Shown here: piece after piece, positions 46,793 to 54,976 of the stretch
How the letters are laid out: each line of letters opens with the position of its first letter
Position numbering within the stretch: the first letter of the stretch is position 1
Source: Syntrophaceae bacterium
GTDB lineage: Bacteria > Desulfobacterota > Syntrophia > Syntrophales > Smithellaceae
Length of the DNA stretch: 64,000 nucleotides
Assembly: GCA_016927935.1 (NCBI GenBank)
Contig: JAFGLS010000119.1
Coordinates: 13,291 to 77,290 of the forward strand
Reading direction: 5' to 3'
Program-made: the position numbers and the translations under genes
The notes under the pieces: generated by a model
Databases searched by the model: none
What the model saw: the letters and a program-made list of their open reading frames with translations, nothing else
What the model was told of the DNA's origin: nothing

Positions 46793-46886
46793 AAAAAAAA
46801 AGCCCATGCTAAAAGCATCGGACTTATCATAAACCGGCCTTTAGCACATTTATAAAGCGGAGCAAGCAACCGCTGCAACTCACCGC
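46793..46886 (-). promoter_or_regulatory. Leader element copy A (distal), a tandem duplicate of copy B with a 104-nt period
   Basis: Same architecture with a few substitutions (GCGGTGAG..., ...CTTTTAGCATGGGCTTTTTTTTT). It begins just downstream of the predicted promoter. Confidence 0.55.
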
Positions 46887-46896
46887 TTTTGGTGGC

Positions 46897-46924
46897 AGTG
46901 TATATAATTTTGAGAAGAAGTCAA
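46897..46924 (-). promoter_or_regulatory. Sigma70-type promoter candidate for the leader-mtnA-metK transcript
   Basis: Minus strand TTGACT-N16-TACACT (-35 at 46924..46919, -10 at 46902..46897). The predicted start is near 46890, immediately before leader copy A. Confidence 0.45.
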
Positions 46925-47017
46925 GAAATTTTTTCAACAAATTATTTTCCCCATAATATTGTTTTTGTTTTCATAGAAGATGAAAAAGTGATAATATCGA
47001 TTGGCGCCGGGTAAATA

Positions 47018-47536
47018 TTACGTTTCGAATTCGTGTTTCATTTCGATCGGCCGGGCTTCCTTGGCTAGCTTCATTGCCAGTTCAACCGCTTCTTTAGCTG
47101 TTTTTACCCTGTGAATTTTCGTGTCCTTTTGACCATCATGATGGATAATCTGCCAAGTGTTTAGTCCAACAATAGGAATCTCGTAACCAAGTGCAAAAGC
47201 TACCTCCGAAAGTGTACCGTAATTTCCACCCAGCGCAATGACCGCATGACCGGTCTTGACTACCAATTTATTCCTAGCATAGCCTATTCCAGTCACAATC
47301 GGGTAATCAATATAGGGATTCGCTTCTTCACGCCTGCTTCCGGGTAAAATACCGATTGTCGTTCCGTTCCGGCTCTTAACTCCTTTCGCCGCATGTTCCA
47401 TTACTCCCTTCAATCCACCGCAAATGAGGACAGCTCCTGCTTTGGCGATTTCCACACCGACCTCTTCTGCCAGTTTGGCTATTTCCGGGGAAGCGTGGCT
47501 TTCACCGATAACCGAAATAAATATTTTCTTATCCAT
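47018..47536 (-). CDS. TIGR00725/LOG-like (SLOG, Rossmann-fold nucleotide-binding) family protein
   Basis: 172 aa with ISVIGES..., GGLKGVMEHAAKGV, GILPG and GGNYGTLSEVAFAL, typical of the family. Confidence 0.75.
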   Translation of the reverse strand: MDKKIFISVIGESHASPEIAKLAEEVGVEIAKAGAVLICGGLKGVMEHAAKGVKSRNGTTIGILPGSRREEANPYIDYPIVTGIGYARNKLVVKTGHAVIALGGNYGTLSEVAFALGYEIPIVGLNTWQIIHHDGQKDTKIHRVKTAKEAVELAMKLAKEARPIEMKHEFET

Positions 47537-47860
47537 AAAGATATTATAACACTCCTCATCCCAATTTTTAATTAACTATAATTTTACCAACACATGATCA
47601 TCAGGTGCCCAATAATAGCAAAAATCATTGCTAAATATGCCGGACTCGAACAGCTTGATTAGAAAATGCCCTGCATATTGGAAAATAGGTAAGTTCCTCT
47701 TGTATGTCAATTATTTTTTACAAGATTTTTAACGGCTCTGATGACAGAAAGCGATTAAACTATAGAAAGGCTTTAAAATGTAACTTTGGCGTTGAAAAAT
47801 TATTTATTACATACATGAATTCTTCACTGGGAAAGCACCGCAACCGTGGTCAAGATTGTC

Positions 47861-47889
47861 TTGACAGAAAAGACCGTATTTTCTATACT
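47861..47889 (+). promoter_or_regulatory. Near-consensus sigma70 promoter
   Basis: TTGACA (47861..47866), a 17-nt spacer, then TATACT (47884..47889). It lies inside the 5' part of the track ORF 47704.., which argues that the real start is the ATG at 47938. Confidence 0.55.
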
Positions 47890-47937
47890 TTAAGCCACAA
47901 GAAGAATAAGCTATATCAAAAAAAAAACGATACCATT

Positions 47938-49656
47938 ATGAAAACAGGGGATAGTACTTTCAAGGAAGAAGAAAAAGGTATTCCAGTTCAGCAAGCGGAC
48001 GACACCAAAAAACTGTTCGCCTATCTTTTACTGGCTGGTAAAAACGTATCTTTATATCCCGAAGGCCACAGTATCAGTATTAATTCCATCAGGCAGTTTC
48101 ACGAGACTTTAGAATCTTACATTGGTCGATACGGCGATATTAGAATTCAAATTGAAAAGGATCGCGTAATTTGTCAGGGTTTGGAGGTTCATACGGGACC
48201 ATCCGAAGAAGGAACGCTGCCTTTCACACTTTTCCGGGACGGTATACGATGGCTGGAATTCACTGAAGGAATAGAAATGGAAGAAATCCGGAAAGTGTTA
48301 TCCATTATCCACAGGTATTCTGTATTAACAACGGAGCCGGAAGGAGACATTGTAACCGCTTTTTGGGAATCTCATTTTAATCACGTGCTATATAAAGCCG
48401 ATGATTTTCTTTCAGGACAAGAAGGAGATCAAGCTGATAGCCTTTCAGCCCTGGAGGCAATAACCACCTCGGGTGAAACCGGAGCCGAAGCTGAAAGTAA
48501 ATCAGAACCGTCTGACAGCACCGTAATTGATGCACAATCAATCGGTGGCATCACCATTGATTCGAACTTTTTTCTACTGACACCTGAGGAAGAAACCGAA
48601 CTTCGGGAAATGATCTCTCGTGAGGAAAAATCGTCCGCCACGGAACATCTGAATATGCTCTTGGATATGATTCTACAGTCCCAGCAAGAGCAAGACTTTA
48701 ATGTCATTCTGGAAGTTTTATCGGAAGAATTTACGGGTTCGTTTAATCGTCATGAATTTACAGGCGCTCTTATCATCCTCAACGGGATAAAAAAAATTTT
48801 GGACGGTAAACGGCTTAGCCCGCCCGGGACAGTACATTTGATGGAGTCTTTTTACAAAGATATATCCTCCGATACAAAATGTTTGAAACCTTTAGAGGAA
48901 ATTTGGAGCAGTTTGAATGTGGAGCAGACAGAAACTCTCAAACAGATTTTTCAGCATCTGACTCCGGGTTCCGTCCCTACCCTATTGCGTTTCCTGCTCT
49001 TGGGACAGTCGTCACAGCTTGAGCAAACGGTAGAGGATGTCATTATTTCCCTTGCCCGTCAGGACATAAGCTGTCTGGAACAGTCGATCAATACTTCGGA
49101 TGAAAAAATAGTCGAGAAACTTGTTTCTATTCTGTCCAAACTTAAGGGAGATTCATCTTTCAAATATTTGATGAAACTTGCCAGACATTCGTCTGCCTCA
49201 GTTCGGCGTATGACAGTCAAAACGATCGGATTATCATATGGTAATCAGATTTCGGCAATATTTGATCTTATTAATGATCCGGATGCTTCGGTGCACAAAA
49301 TGATTTTAACACAAATGGGACAATCCAGAAACGAAACAGCAGAAAACTTTCTAATGCAATATCTGCAAAAACGAAAGTTAAGCGACGAACAAACCGAAAA
49401 CATCATAGAATGTTTCAAAACTTTGGGGAAATGCGGTTCGTCACGGTCCGTTCCCTTCCTTAGAGAAACCCTGCTGCACAAAAAGTGGTTGGCTGGTTTC
49501 AAGAAATCGGCGTATCGTGAAGGTGCTGCGCTGGCACTGGTTGCCTTGAAAACACCGGAAGCCAGGCAAGTAATTGAAGAGGCGGGTAGAAGTTTTTACC
49601 CCGGGCTGCGCAAGATCGCACGCAAAGCTGGAAAAGAATTTTTCAAGAAAAAATAG
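47938..49656 (+). CDS. HEAT-repeat protein whose N-terminal domain is shared with the adjacent HD-GYP protein
   Basis: The C-terminal half has HEAT-like repeats (SVRRMTVKTIG..., DPDASVHKMILTQMG..., GSSRSVPFLRETL...). The N-terminus LFAYLLLAGKNVSLYPEGHSISINSIRQFHETL parallels FLRALYHMINTVRMYQDNNQLVQSSVSMFQNML of the next gene. Confidence 0.6.
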   Translation: MKTGDSTFKEEEKGIPVQQADDTKKLFAYLLLAGKNVSLYPEGHSISINSIRQFHETLESYIGRYGDIRIQIEKDRVICQGLEVHTGPSEEGTLPFTLFRDGIRWLEFTEGIEMEEIRKVLSIIHRYSVLTTEPEGDIVTAFWESHFNHVLYKADDFLSGQEGDQADSLSALEAITTSGETGAEAESKSEPSDSTVIDAQSIGGITIDSNFFLLTPEEETELREMISREEKSSATEHLNMLLDMILQSQQEQDFNVILEVLSEEFTGSFNRHEFTGALIILNGIKKILDGKRLSPPGTVHLMESFYKDISSDTKCLKPLEEIWSSLNVEQTETLKQIFQHLTPGSVPTLLRFLLLGQSSQLEQTVEDVIISLARQDISCLEQSINTSDEKIVEKLVSILSKLKGDSSFKYLMKLARHSSASVRRMTVKTIGLSYGNQISAIFDLINDPDASVHKMILTQMGQSRNETAENFLMQYLQKRKLSDEQTENIIECFKTLGKCGSSRSVPFLRETLLHKKWLAGFKKSAYREGAALALVALKTPEARQVIEEAGRSFYPGLRKIARKAGKEFFKKK

Positions 49657-49671
49657 AGGAGAATGATCATC

Positions 49672-51117
49672 ATGTCGGAGCGAGAATCAACCCCTGAGAG
49701 ATTAGGACATGATTTTCTGAGAGCCCTGTATCACATGATAAATACAGTGCGCATGTACCAGGATAACAATCAGCTTGTTCAGAGCAGTGTGAGCATGTTT
49801 CAGAATATGCTCAAGGAATTGACCATCAGTGGAGATGTCAGTCTCCAGCATCACCGAAGCCGTTTTCATCTCGGAGGAGAAAAACTTAAATACCGCAGGG
49901 ATATGGCGGTTATTGTTTACAATATGCTAGAACTTTTTTCGAAGAGAGACATCGGGAGTATCAATTTTCTGAAATTCTCAAGCAAGGCTTCGCCGGAAAA
50001 CATCATTATGTTTACACGTTTGTTCAATGATGCAATAAGACATGAAAATCCCCGTCAGTGGCTGGAACAGAAGTTAAATGAACAGGATTATTCGTGGGTA
50101 CAGCTATCTCCGCGTCAGGATGATGATACAACCGTTGACAGTGAAAGCTTAGAAGATCAGCGATATGAGAATGCTCGAAAAAATTATTTCCAGGCGATAG
50201 AAGCGGTGAAAGAAGTGGCTAATAAAGTCTCCCAGGGTATGGTGGGAATACGCAAGACCAGACGTCTCGCCCAGAACATTGTGGACATAGTCAAGGCGGA
50301 TCCCAACCTGATGATCGGATTGTCAACCCTTAAGGATTATGGCGATTACACATACGCCCATTCCATCAATGTCGCTCTTTTGGCGACCTGTCTGGGAAAG
50401 CATATTGATTTATCGGATATTTCTCTTGAGCATCTGACCATTTGTGGTCTTTTCCACGATTTGGGAAAGGTAGATGTACCCAAGGATGTTCTCCTCAAGA
50501 GTGAAGCCTTGACCGATGGAGAATGGGATATGATAAAGACACACCCGGTCAGTGGTGTTAGGAAGATTCTCATGTTGAATTCCGCTCCGTCATTAAGATC
50601 AAAAATTATTTTAGGTCCGTTTGAGCACCATCTCAATATAGATATGACCGGTTACCCCGGAACAACATTTGTAAACCACCTGAGTCTTATAGGGAAAATT
50701 ATTCGCATCACCGATGTCTATGAAGCTATGACTAACGAGAGAGTTTACAGGAAGCCAAAATATTTTACACCTGATCAAGTACTAAAAGAAATGTGGAAAG
50801 AGGCAGGTAAAAGTTTTGACAAAATCCTTTTGAAGCGCTTTATTCACATGATGGGTATTTATCCTATCGGCTCCATCGTGAAACTGAGCGACGGGAGTAT
50901 CGGTCTGGTAACTGATTATCCCGATGAAACCGAACGCAGCCTGCCGCTTATTTTGCGTCTTGTGGATGACGGCAAGGGCAACTGGCAGCGCGGGGAGATG
51001 ATTTATCTGGCGGACCAGACCATTAAAGATGATGCAGCCCGCTTAAATATTGTCCGGGGAATTCCGCAAGCTCAATGTCGTATAAATCCTGCAGAATTTT
51101 TTCTGCATGTAAGGTAA
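49672..51117 (+). CDS. HD-GYP domain protein (c-di-GMP phosphodiesterase family)
   Basis: HSINVA...GLFHDLGK (HD), HP.SG, and FEHHLNIDMTGYPG (HHExxDGxGYP-like). GAGGAG lies 10 nt before the ATG at 49672. Confidence 0.85.
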   Translation: MSERESTPERLGHDFLRALYHMINTVRMYQDNNQLVQSSVSMFQNMLKELTISGDVSLQHHRSRFHLGGEKLKYRRDMAVIVYNMLELFSKRDIGSINFLKFSSKASPENIIMFTRLFNDAIRHENPRQWLEQKLNEQDYSWVQLSPRQDDDTTVDSESLEDQRYENARKNYFQAIEAVKEVANKVSQGMVGIRKTRRLAQNIVDIVKADPNLMIGLSTLKDYGDYTYAHSINVALLATCLGKHIDLSDISLEHLTICGLFHDLGKVDVPKDVLLKSEALTDGEWDMIKTHPVSGVRKILMLNSAPSLRSKIILGPFEHHLNIDMTGYPGTTFVNHLSLIGKIIRITDVYEAMTNERVYRKPKYFTPDQVLKEMWKEAGKSFDKILLKRFIHMMGIYPIGSIVKLSDGSIGLVTDYPDETERSLPLILRLVDDGKGNWQRGEMIYLADQTIKDDAARLNIVRGIPQAQCRINPAEFFLHVR

Positions 51118-51197
51118 AATAATTAAAATATTTATTAAATTTTTCTGATATTTATGATAAAAAAAACGAGTGTTAAATTCTAATAAATGGGGGTTTT

Positions 51198-51827
51198 ATG
51201 AAAAATATCATTATTGTCTTTTTTCTTATGTTGACGTTGATTTGTTCATGTTCAAAGAGTTCCGAAAACGCGGAGGATTTAATCAATGAGGCAAACCTTT
51301 TATGGGATGGTAAAAAATATACGGATCCGCAAAAAGCTCTTGAATATCTTAATAAGGCTGTTAAATTACAGCCTGACTACGCTGACACCTATAACCAAAG
51401 GGGAGTCGCTTATAAAAATATGGGAGACAATAAACTCGCTCTTGAAGATTTTAATAAGGCAATTCGTATGCAGCCTGATCTTGTTCTTGCTTACTATAAC
51501 CGCGCAACTATTTATAATAATCTTCGTCAATACAAAAAGGCTATTGATGACTGTGGCGAGGCTATTCGCCTCAAACCGGATTTCTCTGAAGCATACAATA
51601 TAAGAGGAATTAATTATAATAAACTTAGAAACTACAAAAAAGCCATTGAAGAATTTAATAAGGCTATCAAATTAGAACCCAATAACGCTAATGCCTATAA
51701 CAATCGGGGACTGGCTTATTTTATGCTGGAAAATAATACACAGGGATGCAAAGACGTTAAGAAAGCATGCGAGTTGGGAGTCTGTAAAGCTCTGGAGCTT
51801 ATTAAAAGTCGTGGGTACTGCCGGTGA
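51198..51827 (+). CDS. TPR-repeat protein with a signal peptide, probably a lipoprotein
   Basis: The N-terminus MKNIIIVFFLMLTLICSCS is followed by about 5 TPR units with a repeated xAxxDFNKAIxLxPDxAxAYNNRG pattern. Confidence 0.8.
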   Translation: MKNIIIVFFLMLTLICSCSKSSENAEDLINEANLLWDGKKYTDPQKALEYLNKAVKLQPDYADTYNQRGVAYKNMGDNKLALEDFNKAIRMQPDLVLAYYNRATIYNNLRQYKKAIDDCGEAIRLKPDFSEAYNIRGINYNKLRNYKKAIEEFNKAIKLEPNNANAYNNRGLAYFMLENNTQGCKDVKKACELGVCKALELIKSRGYCR

Positions 51828-51934
51828 TTAATACCCCTGACTGTAAAATTTATCAAACGTATCTTTTAGCCATATTATAGTAGTACGCTGAATTTTCGTT
51901 TAAATAGACGTTTATCAATTTAATAAAGGACGTT

Positions 51935-54229
51935 ATGATAAGTTTAAATATCTTTAATTTTTTACAAAAACCGCCAACTATTAAAAATTTAGATATTAAA
52001 CCCTATCAACTTTCTTGCTCCCTGAACAGACTCGTCTTAGGTGTGGATAATATTCATATAGATGTCTATATAAGCCCCCAACTTTACAGCACTCTAAAAA
52101 AGACAGCTTTTCTTTTAATGGTTAAACACAGCCAAACGGAAATTTTTTTTAAAGAATATAAAAGAGAATTATGCGAAGCTGAAAAGGATTCTTTAAAACG
52201 CATTTGTAACGATATCCTTCTTGACGGTATCAACAAAGCTAAAATTTCTCGCGAAGTTCAAATAGACTTTCTGGCACAGATAGCTCTTGTAAAATTATTC
52301 ACAGAGGAAATCAAATGTCAGTATAAGGATCTGGTGGCAAAAATGGAGCCGCTTGTCAGGATGCATCAATTGTCTACAAAGCTCGATCAGAACGATATTT
52401 TTCTGATTAAAGAAAAATTATCACGAGTTAAACTTCATCATAATCAAATCATCCGTCACGCCAACAAAGAACTTTTTGAATTGCTGGCTGACGTTAATAC
52501 CAGGAAATTAAGAGACTTGAGAGAAACTCATTTCCCATCCAGTGATATTCTACCCGACTTTTATCTCACAAACCCCTTATTCAATGCCAATAATCCTAAT
52601 GATGATTTTTTTCTCACTGAAGAATACGTGCTTCTGGGACAGAGGACTGAAGACGTTGACAACTACTTAAGTGTCAAGTCTATATTATACAAACTTCTTG
52701 GCCAACTTGACCTTAAGAGCAAAAATTACAGCAGTGATAATGTAGACACAAGTAATAAAAAGTTCCCGGAAGCTGACAATCATTTTGATACCGGAAACAA
52801 TGCTTTCTTCGATACGTTACTCATGGAACCGGATAATATTGATCGGATGCTAAACTATATTGAATCACAGGAACAATATGAAAAAGCAAAAGAAACCGGA
52901 GTTAGTCTGGAAAAGTTCAAAGAGAAAATAGAAACTCAGCAAAAACTTCTCAACTTTTTTTACCAAAAATTTAAAAGCTATGGTCTGATGAGACAAGTTG
53001 TCGCTGACTTTGAAATGAAACCAATATATGAAAAGTACTGTCCGCCCATGTCACCCAGACAGCTGAGGGAATTCTTAATTAATCTCTGGACAAGAATATC
53101 TTTCCGAACTCAACAAAAACGCTTTGCCTCTCTTTACAGTTATGAATTCTCTCTTGAACCTCTCTTGCAAACCGTAAAACAAATTAATCATTGTTCCTCT
53201 AAAGAAAAAAAACGGTATTTAATCATGTTTCTCAGACAATTTTCCAGATATCATCGTGATCTTTATAATTTTCATATAATCAAAGAGGCAATGGATTCCA
53301 TCAATATCACTACAGATGAAAAAATTGTTTCACTGTCAAGGGAAAACCATTCTCTCTTTGAGTTTCTGCTTTCAGATGAAAAGGTCAAAGAAGAAAAACC
53401 TATTGCCAGTCATGTTATCATTAAGGCTGATATACGCGGTTCCATTATAATAAACAACACGATGAGAAGCAGAGGGCTTAACCCGGCATCATATTTCAGT
53501 CTTAATTTCTTTGATCCCATTTCGGCTGTTCTTTCTGAATACGGGGCATCTAAAGTATTCATTGAAGGAGATGCGATTATCTTGTCAATATTTGAAAATG
53601 AAGATGAGAAACAAATGAATTACAGCGTGGCTAGGGCATGTGGATTGGCAATAAGAATACTGCAGATTGTAGGCAGATATAACGAAAAAAATAAAGAAAA
53701 TAATTTTCCCATACTGGAATTAGGGATAGGAATATGCTACTTTCAGGGCCCGCCAACGTTTTTATTCGACGGTAATTACAAGATAATGATTTCCCAAGCC
53801 ATTAATCAGGCAGACCGCATGTCCAGTTGCGATAAAATGCTTCGTAAAGTATTTAAAAGTCAAAATGACATATTTAATTTATTTGTTTTCGAAAATGAAT
53901 CGGAAGAAGTTATTGACCCCGCAATAGACGACACTACTTATCGTTATAATGTTAATGGGATCGAGCTTAACGAAGAAGGATTTAACAAGCTTACGAAGGA
54001 AATAAATCTGCAAACATTTACATATCCTTCAGAAAATGATGAAAACGTAAAATTATATACAGGCAAAGTCCCTCTGATGAATGGCAATTACCAGCGCATT
54101 GCCATTCGGGAAGCGGCAATTCATAGAGTTATCCCCAGTGCATTTGATATATCCGGAAAAGTATCAAAAAAATATTATGAAGTTTGCACGCACCAGAACA
54201 TCTACAATTTAACCGAAAAGCAATATTAA
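51935..54229 (+). CDS. Large protein with an uncharacterised roughly 480-aa N-terminal region and a class III nucleotidyl cyclase-like domain
   Basis: Residues from about 490 read VIIKADIRGS (metal Asp), FIEGDAIILSIF (second Asp), LELGIGICYFQGP, and ISQAINQADRMSS (Asn/Arg of the VNxAxR motif). This order is the cyclase homology domain order. Confidence 0.55.
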   Translation: MISLNIFNFLQKPPTIKNLDIKPYQLSCSLNRLVLGVDNIHIDVYISPQLYSTLKKTAFLLMVKHSQTEIFFKEYKRELCEAEKDSLKRICNDILLDGINKAKISREVQIDFLAQIALVKLFTEEIKCQYKDLVAKMEPLVRMHQLSTKLDQNDIFLIKEKLSRVKLHHNQIIRHANKELFELLADVNTRKLRDLRETHFPSSDILPDFYLTNPLFNANNPNDDFFLTEEYVLLGQRTEDVDNYLSVKSILYKLLGQLDLKSKNYSSDNVDTSNKKFPEADNHFDTGNNAFFDTLLMEPDNIDRMLNYIESQEQYEKAKETGVSLEKFKEKIETQQKLLNFFYQKFKSYGLMRQVVADFEMKPIYEKYCPPMSPRQLREFLINLWTRISFRTQQKRFASLYSYEFSLEPLLQTVKQINHCSSKEKKRYLIMFLRQFSRYHRDLYNFHIIKEAMDSINITTDEKIVSLSRENHSLFEFLLSDEKVKEEKPIASHVIIKADIRGSIIINNTMRSRGLNPASYFSLNFFDPISAVLSEYGASKVFIEGDAIILSIFENEDEKQMNYSVARACGLAIRILQIVGRYNEKNKENNFPILELGIGICYFQGPPTFLFDGNYKIMISQAINQADRMSSCDKMLRKVFKSQNDIFNLFVFENESEEVIDPAIDDTTYRYNVNGIELNEEGFNKLTKEINLQTFTYPSENDENVKLYTGKVPLMNGNYQRIAIREAAIHRVIPSAFDISGKVSKKYYEVCTHQNIYNLTEKQY

Positions 54230-54433
54230 ATCCCGAATAGTTTAAAGAATAATCAATTCAATTTAATAAGCAAATAATCTTTATAAAAACGTTGAACTGT
54301 AATAATAAAAGACTTAAGGCCTCGAATAATACTTATTTGGAAACCGAAATTACGTTCAGGAAAATGTTCATAGTTAAATAATATTTGTAAAGTAGAAAAA
54401 ATAGCAAAAAATAAATAAAAAAGGGGGAAAAAA

Positions 54434-54889
54434 ATGAAAAAGGAAATAGTAATGCTAATTATTTTTTTTGTAACGGTAATTTTGACCTATTCTGCCAATG
54501 CAGCTACAATTGCTTATATTGACGGTCAAAAAGTTATGTCCAATTATGAAAAAACAAAAAAAGCGGAGGAACAGTTTCAAAAGAAAGACCAGATTCTTAA
54601 AGAAGAAGTGGCAAAAAAACAAAAACAGTATGAAAAAGCAAAAAGTGATAACATGTCCGATGGAGATCTTAGACGACTTGTTGAAAAGTTTGAAAAAGAA
54701 TTGGAGCCTAAACGAACTGAGATAATTGAATCGCAGAATAAAATAATGCAGGAGATTCGTAATGACATAATCAAGGCAACTGAAGCGACTGCTAAAAAAA
54801 TGGGGTTTGAAATCGTATTAGATAAACAAAGCATAATTGCCGGGGGGACTGATATAACTGACGAAGTAATAAAACAACTTAATAAATAG
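54434..54889 (+). CDS. skp: OmpH/Skp-family periplasmic chaperone
   Basis: 151 aa with a signal peptide, a coiled-coil region rich in K/E/Q, and the typical IAYIDGQKVMSNY start of the mature region. Confidence 0.8.
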   Translation: MKKEIVMLIIFFVTVILTYSANAATIAYIDGQKVMSNYEKTKKAEEQFQKKDQILKEEVAKKQKQYEKAKSDNMSDGDLRRLVEKFEKELEPKRTEIIESQNKIMQEIRNDIIKATEATAKKMGFEIVLDKQSIIAGGTDITDEVIKQLNK

Positions 54890-54924
54890 TAAACACCAGT
54901 TGCTCAACTAAAAAGAAAGATAAA

Positions 54925-54957
54925 TAAAAAAGCGCTCCTTTGAAGGAGCGCTTTTTT
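54925..54957. terminator. Bidirectional intrinsic terminator between skp and hppA
   Basis: AAAAAAGCGCTCC-TTTGAA-GGAGCGCTTTTTT. Confidence 0.85.
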
Positions 54958-54976
54958 ATTTCAAATATTGGATTGC

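Noticed and set aside
46689-46886. Assignment of the tandem leader units to the SAM-I riboswitch class
   Set aside because: The SAM-I core elements (AUC.AGAG, GAGGGA, GCAACC followed by GGUGCUAAAUCC in one strand) are not present in order. GTGCTAAAG is on the minus strand, whereas GCAACC is on the plus strand. The class is left open.
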